Below are positions 1 through 9,075 of a stretch of 64,000 nt of DNA, in pieces. A model generated the notes under the pieces. That model saw nothing but the letters and a program-made list of their open reading frames with translations, searched no databases and had not been told where the DNA came from. Source of the stretch: Candidatus Limnocylindrales bacterium (GTDB taxonomy: Bacteria > Desulfobacterota > Binatia > UBA1149 > CAITLU01); the NCBI GenBank assembly GCA_035571835.1, contig DATNBU010000037.1, forward strand, positions 140,753-204,752, given 5' to 3'. Positions within the stretch are counted from its first letter, which is position 1. Each line of letters begins with the position of its first letter. A program made the translations under genes and the position numbers.

Positions 1-1876
1 AAAGCTCGACGCCCGAACGCAGAACGTGGTCGCCGCAATACGTAAATCTGCAATTTTTGCAGCCGTCGGTCGGATCGAAGTTTCCGTCGTCGCACTGCTC
101 GCCGGCGTTCACGTATCCGTCACCGCAGGAGACGGGCTGGCAGCTTCCCGGGCAGTCGTCGCTCTCTTCGCCGTTGCCGTCGTCGCATGCCTCGGTCCAG
201 ACGTCGCGCTCGCCGTCGCCGCAGCGCGACAGTCCGCAATTGGCAGAACAGGTGTGATTATCGATGAGCTCGAGGCCGTCGCACTCTTCGCCTTCTTCGA
301 CGACTTCGTTACCGCACGACGCAGGCATGCAGTCGGAGTTGCAGCCGTCGCCGTCGATCGCATTGCCGTCGTCGCATTGTTCTCCGATCTCAACGGTGCC
401 GTTGCCGCACCGCAGACCAGCCACCGCAACATGAACTTCGGCTTCCTGAGAGTTCCAGTACCACATGGTCTCCGCCGGCAGAGTGCTCCACGCCACGGTC
501 CAGCGGCCGGCCGAGTCTCCGGCAGCGAATGGTGCAAAATCCTGCCGTTCGTCATGGGAGGCAGCCGGATCGACCGGCGTAGGAGCGGTCCAGCTCAGGC
601 CGTCATCTGCAGAGATCGACGATACGATGTAGGCGGGCGCGCCCCGGCGCCATCCGAGCGAAACGCGCGAAGACCAGACGGCCAGGACGTGTCCTTTGCC
701 ATCGGTCGCCAGCGACGGAGTCAGGTCGTCGCGGTCGTCGTCTTCGACGTAGGCGCCGAGCGGCTGCGGCTCGCCCCAACTCTGACCGTTGTCGCCGGAT
801 CGCGAGAAGTAGATGTCGCTGTCGGTGCCGTACTGCTCACCCGGCAATTCTTCTTCCCATGCCACGAGCCAGGCACCGGAGGCCGTTGTTGCGAGAGACG
901 GTCCTCCGTAGGCAAACCAGTCCGGACGCCGAAGCGGATCGGCGGACCCCGGCGGCGTGATCGGATGGAGAACCCACGGAGACGCGGCGTCCGCGGCGCG
1001 CGCGACTCGAAGAGCGCCGTCATGTTCACCGCGCCACGCAAGGCCCCAACTGCCGTCGGCCCCGCTTGCCGCGACGAGCGGGTGGCGCGATCCGATATCC
1101 TCCGTGAATTCACTGCCGCCTAGAACAACTTCCTCGGACCATACTTCAGCGCCTTCGGTCCACGTTCGACCGTCGTCAAAAGAGTAATAGACGATGATGC
1201 TCGTCTTGCGATTGTTGTGGCAGCATTCGGGTGGCGTGTCGGTCTGGACAAGCTCACTCTTGATCGAGGCCACGATCCAGTTTCCGTTGCCGTCGGAAGC
1301 AACCGCAGCCTGGTGATACTCCGAGTTGCAGTTCCCACACAGGACCGTGCTGATCGCGGTATCGTCGGACCATGTCCTGCCGAAGTCGCTCGATCGACGA
1401 CTGACCAGATGTTCCGCCTGGCCAAGTTCGTAGCCGTCGTCTGTCCTGGCCGATTGCCGGTATAACTCGACTGCGACCGTGGTGCCGGCGCTCGAAACGC
1501 CATCCCATGGCGCCGAGGAGACGATCGCGTCCGCCGGCAATGCGCTGTCCGATGCCGGTGCCCACTGCTGCCCCGCATCGCGCGATGCGTACAGCGAAGA
1601 CACGCCGAGACCGGTGTCGCTGTACCTTCGCACCTGGCGCCAGCGCCGCAGAAGCAGCGCGCCGCTACCGTCGTCCTTGAGGCTGAACAGGCTGGTGTCG
1701 AAGGTTGGCGCTTCAGGAACGTAGCTGCGACCGACGGTGCGCACGTGATTGAAGATCGGCGCATCGACCGACGCGAAAGCAGTGGTGGGATCGGAGCCGG
1801 CGCGTGCGGGCGAGCACGCGGCGATCACCAGGACGGCCGAAAGCGCCAAAAGAAACGATGCGTAACTCCGAAGCAT
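1..1876 (-). CDS. Secreted lipoprotein (partial; C-terminus runs off the window start) with C-terminal Myxococcus-type cysteine-rich DGxCD repeats. It is a paralog of 36270..39488
   Basis: The reverse frame from the ATG at 1876 gives MLRSYASFLLALSAVLVIAACS (lipobox LxxC). The same frame at 60..420 gives CGLSRCGDGERDVWTEACDDGNGEESDDCPGSC..CGDGYVNAGEQCDD repeats. No in-frame stop occurs before position 1. The listed + ORF 26..1123 is its A/V-rich antisense shadow. Confidence 0.6.
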   Translation of the reverse strand, partial: MLRSYASFLLALSAVLVIAACSPARAGSDPTTAFASVDAPIFNHVRTVGRSYVPEAPTFDTSLFSLKDDGSGALLLRRWRQVRRYSDTGLGVSSLYASRDAGQQWAPASDSALPADAIVSSAPWDGVSSAGTTVAVELYRQSARTDDGYELGQAEHLVSRRSSDFGRTWSDDTAISTVLCGNCNSEYHQAAVASDGNGNWIVASIKSELVQTDTPPECCHNNRKTSIIVYYSFDDGRTWTEGAEVWSEEVVLGGSEFTEDIGSRHPLVAASGADGSWGLAWRGEHDGALRVARAADAASPWVLHPITPPGSADPLRRPDWFAYGGPSLATTASGAWLVAWEEELPGEQYGTDSDIYFSRSGDNGQSWGEPQPLGAYVEDDDRDDLTPSLATDGKGHVLAVWSSRVSLGWRRGAPAYIVSSISADDGLSWTAPTPVDPAASHDERQDFAPFAAGDSAGRWTVAWSTLPAETMWYWNSQEAEVHVAVAGLRCGNGTVEIGEQCDDGNAIDGDGCNSDCMPASCGNEVVEEGEECDGLELIDNHTCSANCGLSRCGDGERDVWTEACDDGNGEESDDCPGSCQPVSCGDGYVNAGEQCDDGNFDPTDGCKNCRFTYCGDHVLRSGVEL

Positions 1877-2053
1877 TGCGGAGGCGAATCTATGCTTTCG
1901 GTCACAGTTGCAGCAAACCGGAGTACGGATCGTCCGTGACGGCACGTTACTTTGAACGAACAAAGCTTTCCTGCGAACTGATCGAAGCGAATGATGCAGG
2001 AGTGAGCGCCGTGTTGTGAGGACAGCTCAACTGCAGAGCAAGCTGGCTTCGAA

Positions 2054-4558
2054 CTACTCGCAGCCGACCGGCTCGTTGCTTTCGTCGACGCCGTTCGGAC
2101 GCACGCCGTAGATCGGCAGCGGACATCCGCGCTCGAGTGCACCCAGATCCGGCGCCGCGCCCTGGAAGTGATCGGTGACGCCGGGAAGCACCGTGCCGGC
2201 ATCGACGGCGTTCGATGCAGCGTCGAGAGTCACATCGGCCGGGCTCAGCGTGAGCGTGTACGACGAAGGCGCGGCAAGACCGTTCGCGAAGATCGGCTCG
2301 GCGAGCAGCGTGCCATTCGTTTCCATCCCGCCGGCCTGCATCGCTGCGAAACTCGCGAAGCTCACCAGATCGCCCGGAGGAAGCCGGAAGCGAAACGCTC
2401 CATCGGGATAGTAACCGTCCGAATCGAACAGGCCGCCAACGATGAGCGCGGTCCAGTCCACCGCCCGACCGGGAAGCATCGACGGCCCGATGAAGAGGTT
2501 GTTGCGGACTTCGAAGTTGTGACTGGCCACTTCGGTGTACACGTGCAGCTCTTCGTCAGAAGTCACGAAAGTGTTGTTGTACGCGAGCACGCCGCTCGGA
2601 CCGAACTCCTGGCCGTTCCCGTGAAACTTCATCTGCTCGTCGGCGATGTTGACGACGACGTTGCGCAGCGCATACGCAGGCCCGCCGTAGATCGGCTGGA
2701 AGCTGATGGTCGAAAACGTATTCGTGAAGCGGTTGCGCCACGCACGCACGTTGCCTTCGCCGCCGTCGAGCTCGACGCCGTTGTCGTATGCCGACAGCAC
2801 TTCGTTGCCGTAGAAATCAACGGCGCGCGCGCCCGGCAGCTCGGTCTTCATCGCATCGCCGAAGCCGATGATCTGGTTGTGGCAGACCACGTGGCCATGG
2901 CCCTGCACGTTGATCCCGTCGTCGTTCGCGTTGTCGCCGCCGTTGTCGGTGTAGACCTCGGGCCACACGAGGCGGCCTTCGAGCACGTTGTCGCAGATGT
3001 AGAAGTCGTACTGGACCTCGCGCGTGGCGATGCCGAGCGTCGTGTCGATCGTGTGCACCCTGCGCACGACGTCTTCCACCGCGCCGGCCGTCTGGAAACG
3101 CAGCGCGCGGCTCGCGTTGCGCAGCGTCAGGTTCTCGACGTGCACGTAGCTGCCGTAGACCTCGAGCACGTTGCAGCCGGTACAGCCGCCGCCGTCGAGG
3201 ATGGTTCCGTCGCGGCTGGTGCCGCGGACCACGATCGGATTGTCCGCCGTTCCGCCGAAGTCGAGCACGAAAAGCCCGTTGTACGTGCCGTCGGCGAGCG
3301 TGATGACATCGCCGGCGGTTGCGGCATCGAGTGCCGCCTGAAGCTGCGTCGCATTGCTGACGGCAACGGAGTGCGGCGAGACCGGATCGGCCGGAACCGC
3401 GCGGGTCGTCGCCGTGAGCGTGATCGTGTCGTCGACCGGGCCGTCGGCGTCGACCATGTGAAGCTCGAGCTCGTATTCGGTCGCGGGCCGAAGGTCGAAG
3501 ATGCTGCCGGCAAACTGCTCGACGATGACGTTGTCGTCTCCCGACGGCACGGTCTCTGGCAGCACGCGCAGCAGCGGCAGCGCGTCGTTCCACGTGAGCG
3601 CGCCGGTTTCGCGATAGCGAAGCGAAACGGTCGCGTCGCGGTCCGCGTCGCCCGTGATCGGAAGCTGCACGCCGAGCGCCATCAGCGTGGGCCTGTCGAG
3701 CACTGCGGTTCCCGCGTGAAGCACCGGATCGGGACACGGATAGAACGCTTCGTTGCGTGCATCGAGCCGGTCGATGGTATCTTCGCAAAGCGCGACGAGC
3801 GCCGCCGAATCGAGGCACGACGGGCAGGTGCCCGCGACGAGCAGCCGCGACGTGACGGTGGCGTATTTCGAGCGCGCCTTGTTCTCGCAGCCTTCTTCGT
3901 CAAACGGCGGATCGTGCAGCGTGAGGCCCGACGACGCGGCTTTCTGATGGCACTTGACCACCGACTTCGCGAGCTTGGACAGGGAGAGACTGACGCGTCT
4001 CGTGCACGCGAGCGCATCGCTCGTAGCGGGAACGCTGCCGGCGTCGTCGCCGGACGGATCGAGCGACGCACCGCTGGTCGCGTCGCAGTACACATCGGCG
4101 CCGCGCGCATCGAGAGTGGTTTCGAGCGACGACGCTTCGCCTGACAGCAGCGACGGCACCGTGCTCGACGCGCATCCCGAGCTCGCCTCGAGATCGCCGA
4201 CCGCGCCGTCGAGAGCCGTGAGCGCATCGGCCTCGCACGCCTCTTCGTCGAACGACGACGGGTTGCCGAGGACGACTTCCGAATAGCGCGCGGCAGCGAG
4301 AGCGATATGGCACTTGCCGATCGCGCTCTCGAGCTTCGAGTAGGCGCCTGCCGCCGAATCCGAGCAGCGGCGAACGTCGGAACCGAGCGGCACGCATCCA
4401 CTGTCGTTGCCGCCGAACGGCTCGCCCGGACCAGGGCCGGGTGCAGCCGATGAAACCGCAGCGGCCAAAGAAACCGCAGCACTGAGCGCGAGTGAGAATG
4501 CGGCGAGACGTGCCGCCGGCCAACGTGGTGAAAACATATGCTGGCGCTCCCCCGCCAT
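2054..4558 (-). CDS. Secreted right-handed parallel beta-helix repeat protein (pectin-lyase fold-like) with three N-terminal ~60-aa Cys-containing repeats
   Basis: Signal peptide RLAAFSLALSAAVSLAAAVSSA. Beta-helix region NATQLQAALDAATAGDVITLADGTYNG...NVQGHGHVVCHNQIIGFGD...YGNEVLSAYDNGVELDGG. Repeats KLESAIGKCH.../KLAKSVVKCHQK... Confidence 0.7.
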   Translation of the reverse strand: MAGERQHMFSPRWPAARLAAFSLALSAAVSLAAAVSSAAPGPGPGEPFGGNDSGCVPLGSDVRRCSDSAAGAYSKLESAIGKCHIALAAARYSEVVLGNPSSFDEEACEADALTALDGAVGDLEASSGCASSTVPSLLSGEASSLETTLDARGADVYCDATSGASLDPSGDDAGSVPATSDALACTRRVSLSLSKLAKSVVKCHQKAASSGLTLHDPPFDEEGCENKARSKYATVTSRLLVAGTCPSCLDSAALVALCEDTIDRLDARNEAFYPCPDPVLHAGTAVLDRPTLMALGVQLPITGDADRDATVSLRYRETGALTWNDALPLLRVLPETVPSGDDNVIVEQFAGSIFDLRPATEYELELHMVDADGPVDDTITLTATTRAVPADPVSPHSVAVSNATQLQAALDAATAGDVITLADGTYNGLFVLDFGGTADNPIVVRGTSRDGTILDGGGCTGCNVLEVYGSYVHVENLTLRNASRALRFQTAGAVEDVVRRVHTIDTTLGIATREVQYDFYICDNVLEGRLVWPEVYTDNGGDNANDDGINVQGHGHVVCHNQIIGFGDAMKTELPGARAVDFYGNEVLSAYDNGVELDGGEGNVRAWRNRFTNTFSTISFQPIYGGPAYALRNVVVNIADEQMKFHGNGQEFGPSGVLAYNNTFVTSDEELHVYTEVASHNFEVRNNLFIGPSMLPGRAVDWTALIVGGLFDSDGYYPDGAFRFRLPPGDLVSFASFAAMQAGGMETNGTLLAEPIFANGLAAPSSYTLTLSPADVTLDAASNAVDAGTVLPGVTDHFQGAAPDLGALERGCPLPIYGVRPNGVDESNEPVGCE

Positions 4559-4670
4559 CGCGCGACCCTATCGATCAGCGGCGTACCAGGCAACGGACTT
4601 TCGACGCACTACCGCCGAATGGCGCGGCCGCGCGCACGCAAAGAAAAGCGAAAAGACGTTCAGGGCGGCG

Positions 4671-6026
4671 TTATCCGGCGGTGATCGAGACGTCTTCGGC
4701 GCGGATCGCCGGCACGAGCGCAGAGCCGCTCATCTCCTGGCGCTCGCGCGAGATCGCCGAGATCTTCGTCAGGAGCTCGAAGACGTTTCCCGCGATCAGC
4801 ACTTCGCGCACCGGCCTGCGCTCGCCGCTTCCGACAAGGAACCCGTTCTTGACCACGCCGGAGAAATCGCCGGTCACTGGGTTGGTGCTTCCCGAATAGC
4901 GTCCGACCCAGATCGCGCGCTCGCCGGACGCGACGAGATCGGCCATCGCGGTCTGGCCGGCGTCGACTTCCAGGCGGTGATGCCCGACCATCGGAAGCGA
5001 GCCGACTCCGCCTGCGGCGTTGCCGGTGCTGCGTGCACCGTGGCCGGCGGCAACCGCTTCGTAATGGTTGAACAGGAAGCCTTCGAGCACGCCGGCCGAA
5101 ACAAGAGGGCGGCGAACGATCGGCATTCCTTCGCGGTCGAATGCGCTCGAGTTTGCGCCGCCGGGCAGGCGGCCGTCTTCCCAGATCGTCAGCATCTTTG
5201 CGGCAACGCTCTGGGAAATCTTCGAGGCAAGAGGGCTGCGGCCTTTGCGAACGCTGTCGGCGCACATCGCGCCGATCAACGTCGGCAGCAGGAACTCGGT
5301 GACCGCATCCGGCGACAGCACGATCGGGCCGCGGAAGCTTTCCCCTTTGCCGGCGCCGAGCCCGGCGACGCATTTTTCGACGAAGCGCCGGCACGCCTGC
5401 GTGATCTCGGCATTGAACCCGAGCCAGCGGCGGCTGGTTGCGCTGTCGTAGTCGAAGCTGGCGACATCGTCGCCGTCGACCGCCATGCCGAACGTGCTCG
5501 CGTCGAGCGTGCTGTCGGATTCGCTTGCAGAAATACCTGTTGTCGATGCCAGCGCACGCGCGGAAACCGATGAAGAGACCGAGCCGGAATCAACGCGCAC
5601 GCGCGGGTCGAGCTCGCGAATCCGCGCGAGCATGTCGGCGGCCATCGTGGTGACTTCGGTGCTGCCGAGCTTTTCGACGGCCGCGTCGTAGATGCCGTCG
5701 ACGCGCGTGATCGCAGCCGGCTCGGGCAGATCGAAGAACGGATCGGCCGGATTGACGCGTGCCTGCGCGACGGCTTCGGCCGCGCGCTCGGCCATCAGCG
5801 AGGGCTCGAGATCGTTGGCCGTGACGAAACCCTGCGACGATCCGACGATCACCCGCAGGCCGTAGAGCGTCTCTTCGCCGCTCTGCACCGTGTGGACGGC
5901 GCCGTTTTCGATGTGCGTCTCCGAGTTGCGGCCCCACGCGGCAGCAGCCTCGGCCTTGTCGGCGCCCGCCTTGCGCGCGAGCTCGAGCAGCCGGTGGCAG
6001 AGGTCGAGCAGATTCTGTTCGTTCAC
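4671..6026 (-). CDS. pmbA: PmbA/TldE metalloprotease family protein
   Basis: 451 aa with full-length similarity to the TldE/PmbA family; lies immediately downstream of tldD on the same strand. Confidence 0.85.
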   Translation of the reverse strand: MNEQNLLDLCHRLLELARKAGADKAEAAAAWGRNSETHIENGAVHTVQSGEETLYGLRVIVGSSQGFVTANDLEPSLMAERAAEAVAQARVNPADPFFDLPEPAAITRVDGIYDAAVEKLGSTEVTTMAADMLARIRELDPRVRVDSGSVSSSVSARALASTTGISASESDSTLDASTFGMAVDGDDVASFDYDSATSRRWLGFNAEITQACRRFVEKCVAGLGAGKGESFRGPIVLSPDAVTEFLLPTLIGAMCADSVRKGRSPLASKISQSVAAKMLTIWEDGRLPGGANSSAFDREGMPIVRRPLVSAGVLEGFLFNHYEAVAAGHGARSTGNAAGGVGSLPMVGHHRLEVDAGQTAMADLVASGERAIWVGRYSGSTNPVTGDFSGVVKNGFLVGSGERRPVREVLIAGNVFELLTKISAISRERQEMSGSALVPAIRAEDVSITAG

Positions 6027-6047
6027 GCTGCGTGTTCCTTTTGCGGT

Positions 6048-7481
6048 TTACTGTTCGCCGCCGAGGAGCGCGCGGCAGCGGATGTACGGACCGCCGGCAT
6101 CGACCTTGGCCGGCTGGCCCTTGCCGCAGTAGCCGGCACCGAGATCCCAGCGGAAATCACTCGAGACCGCGTCCACGCTGGCGAGCACGTCGAATGCGAT
6201 TCCGGAAAGCGTCACGCCGCGCAGCAGCTCGGTCTTCTTGCCGTCGCGGATGCGCCACGCTTCCTGCACGCCGAACATGAACTCGCCGGTCGCATCGGCC
6301 TGCCCGTTCCGCGGCCCGTCGAGAAGATATCCGTCCTTGGTCGTCGCGATCATCTCTTCGAGCGACTGCGTGCCGGGCGCGAGGTACGTGTTGCGCATGC
6401 GGATCAGCGGCTGGTCCGAGTATTCCCACGCGCGCGCGTTGCCGGTCGGCTCGACGCCGTAGCGCGCGGCGCTCTCGCGGTTGTGAAGGTACGAGACGAG
6501 GATTCCGTTCTCGATGATTGTCGTGCGGCCGGCGATCACACCTTCGTCGTCCACCGGAATGGTGCCGCCGGCACCGATGTAGTGCTCGGAGACGCCGCTG
6601 TCGCACAGCGTAACCAGATCGCTCGCCACGCGCTGGCCGATCTTGCCGGCCGCAACCGAACCCGCCTGAACGAAGTCGGCTTCGACCGTGTGGCCGATCG
6701 CCTCGTGCACCAGCAGGCCGACGATCGACGGAGCAAGGATCACGGTCGTGCGCCCGCCGTCGGCGTGGCGCGCCGACAGCAGATCCTGTGCGACTTTGGC
6801 CGCGCGTTCGGCGAGAGCTTCGCCGGTCGCGCTGTGGAACAGGCAGTCCCAGCCGCCGGTTGCGCCGACGGCTTCGTTGCCGGTCGAAAGCTGTCCGTCT
6901 TTTTCGGCAACCGCCGATACGCGAAGCTCGGGGCGCACGAGCCGGAACGCCGCGCGCGCTCCGTCGGTCGTCACGATCGCTTTTTCTTCGAAGATTTCGT
7001 TGTAGCTGCAGCTCGCCGAACGGATCGCCGACGATGCGCCGCGAACGCGAGCCTCGAGGCCGGTCGCAAGGCCGATCTTCTCTTCGAGCGTGCGCGCCGT
7101 AATGTCGGCGAGGCCCGGCTGATCGAACACGCCGCGCGCGAGCTGGCAGGCGGGCAAGTTCATGAAGTCGTGCTTGGAGCGCACCGCGCTCGCGATTGCT
7201 CCCGCGCGGGCCGCATCGACCGCACGCCGGATCGCATCGCCATCGATCGACCCGGTCGACGCGAATCCCCATCCGCCATTCTCGAAGACCCGGACACCGA
7301 CGCCTTTGCGATGGCGCGCCTGCGACCGTTCCACCTTGCCCTTGTCGACGCCGACGCTGCGAGAGGTCTTCGCGTGGTAACGAAGCTCTACAAACCCGCT
7401 TTGCGCCGCCGCAATCTCACTCAGAAGCTCTAGAGCATCATTCATGCCGGGGATTCTAACCATGCAAAAAAAGCGATCCAC
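6048..7481 (-). CDS. tldD: TldD metalloprotease
   Basis: HEAIGH zinc motif (LLVHEAIGHTVEADF), 477 aa, TldD family. The true start may be internal (MNDALELL at ~7445). Confidence 0.9.
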   Translation of the reverse strand: MDRFFCMVRIPGMNDALELLSEIAAAQSGFVELRYHAKTSRSVGVDKGKVERSQARHRKGVGVRVFENGGWGFASTGSIDGDAIRRAVDAARAGAIASAVRSKHDFMNLPACQLARGVFDQPGLADITARTLEEKIGLATGLEARVRGASSAIRSASCSYNEIFEEKAIVTTDGARAAFRLVRPELRVSAVAEKDGQLSTGNEAVGATGGWDCLFHSATGEALAERAAKVAQDLLSARHADGGRTTVILAPSIVGLLVHEAIGHTVEADFVQAGSVAAGKIGQRVASDLVTLCDSGVSEHYIGAGGTIPVDDEGVIAGRTTIIENGILVSYLHNRESAARYGVEPTGNARAWEYSDQPLIRMRNTYLAPGTQSLEEMIATTKDGYLLDGPRNGQADATGEFMFGVQEAWRIRDGKKTELLRGVTLSGIAFDVLASVDAVSSDFRWDLGAGYCGKGQPAKVDAGGPYIRCRALLGGEQ

Positions 7482-7600
7482 CGCTCCCGGGAAATGTCCT
7501 TTGCTCGTCCGGGATCTCCTGTGCGGGCCGGAAATGCCCTGTTCGAGCCGTGGGCATCAGGGTAGTTGCCTGCAATTTCGCCCTGGGCTAGCGGTCGCTG

Positions 7601-7855
7601 GTGAGCGACGCGCCCGAGAAGAAGAAAGACGTCAAGGTCCATGTACTGCGATGCCGGTCCGACTCGTGCCGCGCGCTGCTGCCGTTCGAAGAAACCGACG
7701 AGGGTCTCCTGCTCGGAAACATGATCGAAATCGCAACCCGCGAAGGCGATGCGGCGTTCTTTCCTTGTCCGCGCTGCGGTGGCCGCAATCTGGTCGAAGA
7801 AGTCGTGCATGAGGGCAAGAAAAGAACCCGCGTGACGGGCTTCGTTGCATCGTGA
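7601..7855 (+). CDS. Small zinc-ribbon protein (CxxC...CPRC)
   Basis: GTG start; 84 aa with RCRSDSC and PCPRCGG Cys pairs. Its stop overlaps the GTG start of the next ORF (GTGA). Confidence 0.4.
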   Translation: MSDAPEKKKDVKVHVLRCRSDSCRALLPFEETDEGLLLGNMIEIATREGDAAFFPCPRCGGRNLVEEVVHEGKKRTRVTGFVAS

Positions 7856-8427
7856 CGCCTCGGGTGGCGGCTGACTTGCAGCCCGAAGTATTCCGCAAAG
7901 ATCGCTGGCTGCGAGCCAGCGCGTATCATCTTGCCTCGTGGAGCTTTGCTGCGCTCGTCCTCGACGTGCGGCTGCGCTCGGCGGGCGCAACGACGCAGGC
8001 GACCGGCATCGCGGCGTTAGTCGTGATCGTCGGCGCCAGTCTGCTCACGTCGATGACGACCGAGCGGCGAGTCGCAAAAATGTTCGGGCCCGCCGGAGCG
8101 CCGCTGTTCGCCGGAGCCGGCCGCATGTGGCTCGTGGTGTTTGCGACGCTTACGTCGGCCAGCATTGCCATCGCTTCGGCGGGCCGCGTGGAGGCCGTGA
8201 TGACGCTGTGGATGTTCGGCGTGGGAGCAGCGTTCCTGTTCTGGGGAAGAACGATCGGCTTCCGGTGGTATGCGGGCCTCGGCCTCGCGCTGATGGCTGC
8301 GGGCGCCGTCGATTCGTGGATGACCGCCGTCGGCGGACCGGTCGGGCTTCTGCGCCTCTTCGTGCTCGGTTTCGCGCTGCCCGCCGCAGCAATTCTCACC
8401 AATCGCCGCTACCTCTGGCTCCGCTGA
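7852..8427 (+). CDS. Integral membrane protein (multi-TM), hypothetical
   Basis: 191 aa with several hydrophobic helices (AALVVIVGASLLTSM, LVVFATLTSASIAIA, LLRLFVLGFALPAAAIL), translationally coupled to 7601..7855. Confidence 0.5.
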   Translation: MTPRVAADLQPEVFRKDRWLRASAYHLASWSFAALVLDVRLRSAGATTQATGIAALVVIVGASLLTSMTTERRVAKMFGPAGAPLFAGAGRMWLVVFATLTSASIAIASAGRVEAVMTLWMFGVGAAFLFWGRTIGFRWYAGLGLALMAAGAVDSWMTAVGGPVGLLRLFVLGFALPAAAILTNRRYLWLR

Positions 8428-8428
8428 A

Positions 8429-8540
8429 AAATCGGGGACAGACACCGATTACGCGAAATCGGGGACAGACACCGATTAACCGAAATCAGTGTCTGTCCCC
8501 GAATAGTGGAAATCAGTGTCTGTCCCCGATTAACCCCGAT
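8429..8540. repeat. Four copies of a ~25-bp palindromic unit AAATCGGGGACAGACACCGATTA (two direct, then two inverted), followed by GGGACAG hairpins through ~8634
   Basis: Direct reading: aaatcggggacagacaccgattacgcgaaatcggggacagacaccgattaaccgaaatcagtgtctgtccccgaatagtggaaatcagtgtctgtccccgattaa. Each unit has an AATCGG/CCGATT stem. The same unit recurs at 63030..63108. Confidence 0.8.
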
Positions 8541-8639
8541 TAAATAAAAACGGGACAGATCCGGTTTTGGTTTCCGGAGCTGTCCCGTTCTTTGTCGCGG
8601 GTCGGTGCGCGGTGAGTCCGGGGCTGTCCCGGGTTTCGA

Positions 8640-8825
8640 TCAGTGAAGTGTGCGGACGCGGCGGTTGTCGGAGACGACGATGTCCTGGTTGAGGACGCTG
8701 CGGCGGACCGGCACGGGCAGGTTGGTCTCCATGATCCACGTGCCCTGAAGGCGCTTGCCGGAGAAGACCAGCTTCTGGCTGTCCGCCTTGGTCGAAGTCT
8801 CGTTCTTGTTTCTTGAAAGGTTCAT
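8640..8825 (-). CDS. Small hypothetical protein (61 aa)
   Basis: ATG preceded by GAGGAG 7 nt upstream; followed by GGGACAG hairpins at 8549..8634 that may act as terminators. Confidence 0.35.
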   Translation of the reverse strand: MNLSRNKNETSTKADSQKLVFSGKRLQGTWIMETNLPVPVRRSVLNQDIVVSDNRRVRTLH

Positions 8826-9075
8826 GGCTCAGGTCTCCTCGGGTGGCTTGCGTTCAGTCACCGGGAGAGAAGCGATTTTCGTGCCTCTCGGGGGCCCTCC
8901 CCTAACTCATTGAATTCACAGTGATCGCTTCCGCAGCGATGAGGAAGGCCCGAACGCGCCCGAACTGACGTGTACAAACTCGTACGGGTGCCAATCGCGG
9001 CATTTTTCGACTCACGCGAGGGAGCGAAGCGCCAGCCCGGCGACCGCGGACGACCGCGCCCGGCCAGTCGGAACT

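Noticed and set aside
26-1123. 365-aa plus-strand ORF rich in A/V/R
   Set aside because: It is the antisense shadow of the minus-strand Cys-repeat lipoprotein, whose reverse frame gives clean CGDG...ECDDGN repeats and a lipobox.
2168-4144. 658-aa Arg-rich plus-strand ORF
   Set aside because: It lies opposite the beta-helix gene 2054..4558, has low-complexity R/A/V composition typical of GC-rich antisense frames, and has no motif.
8429-8540. Possible CRISPR array
   Set aside because: The units are self-palindromic and occur in both orientations with 1-5 nt spacers; there are no unique spacers and no cas genes.
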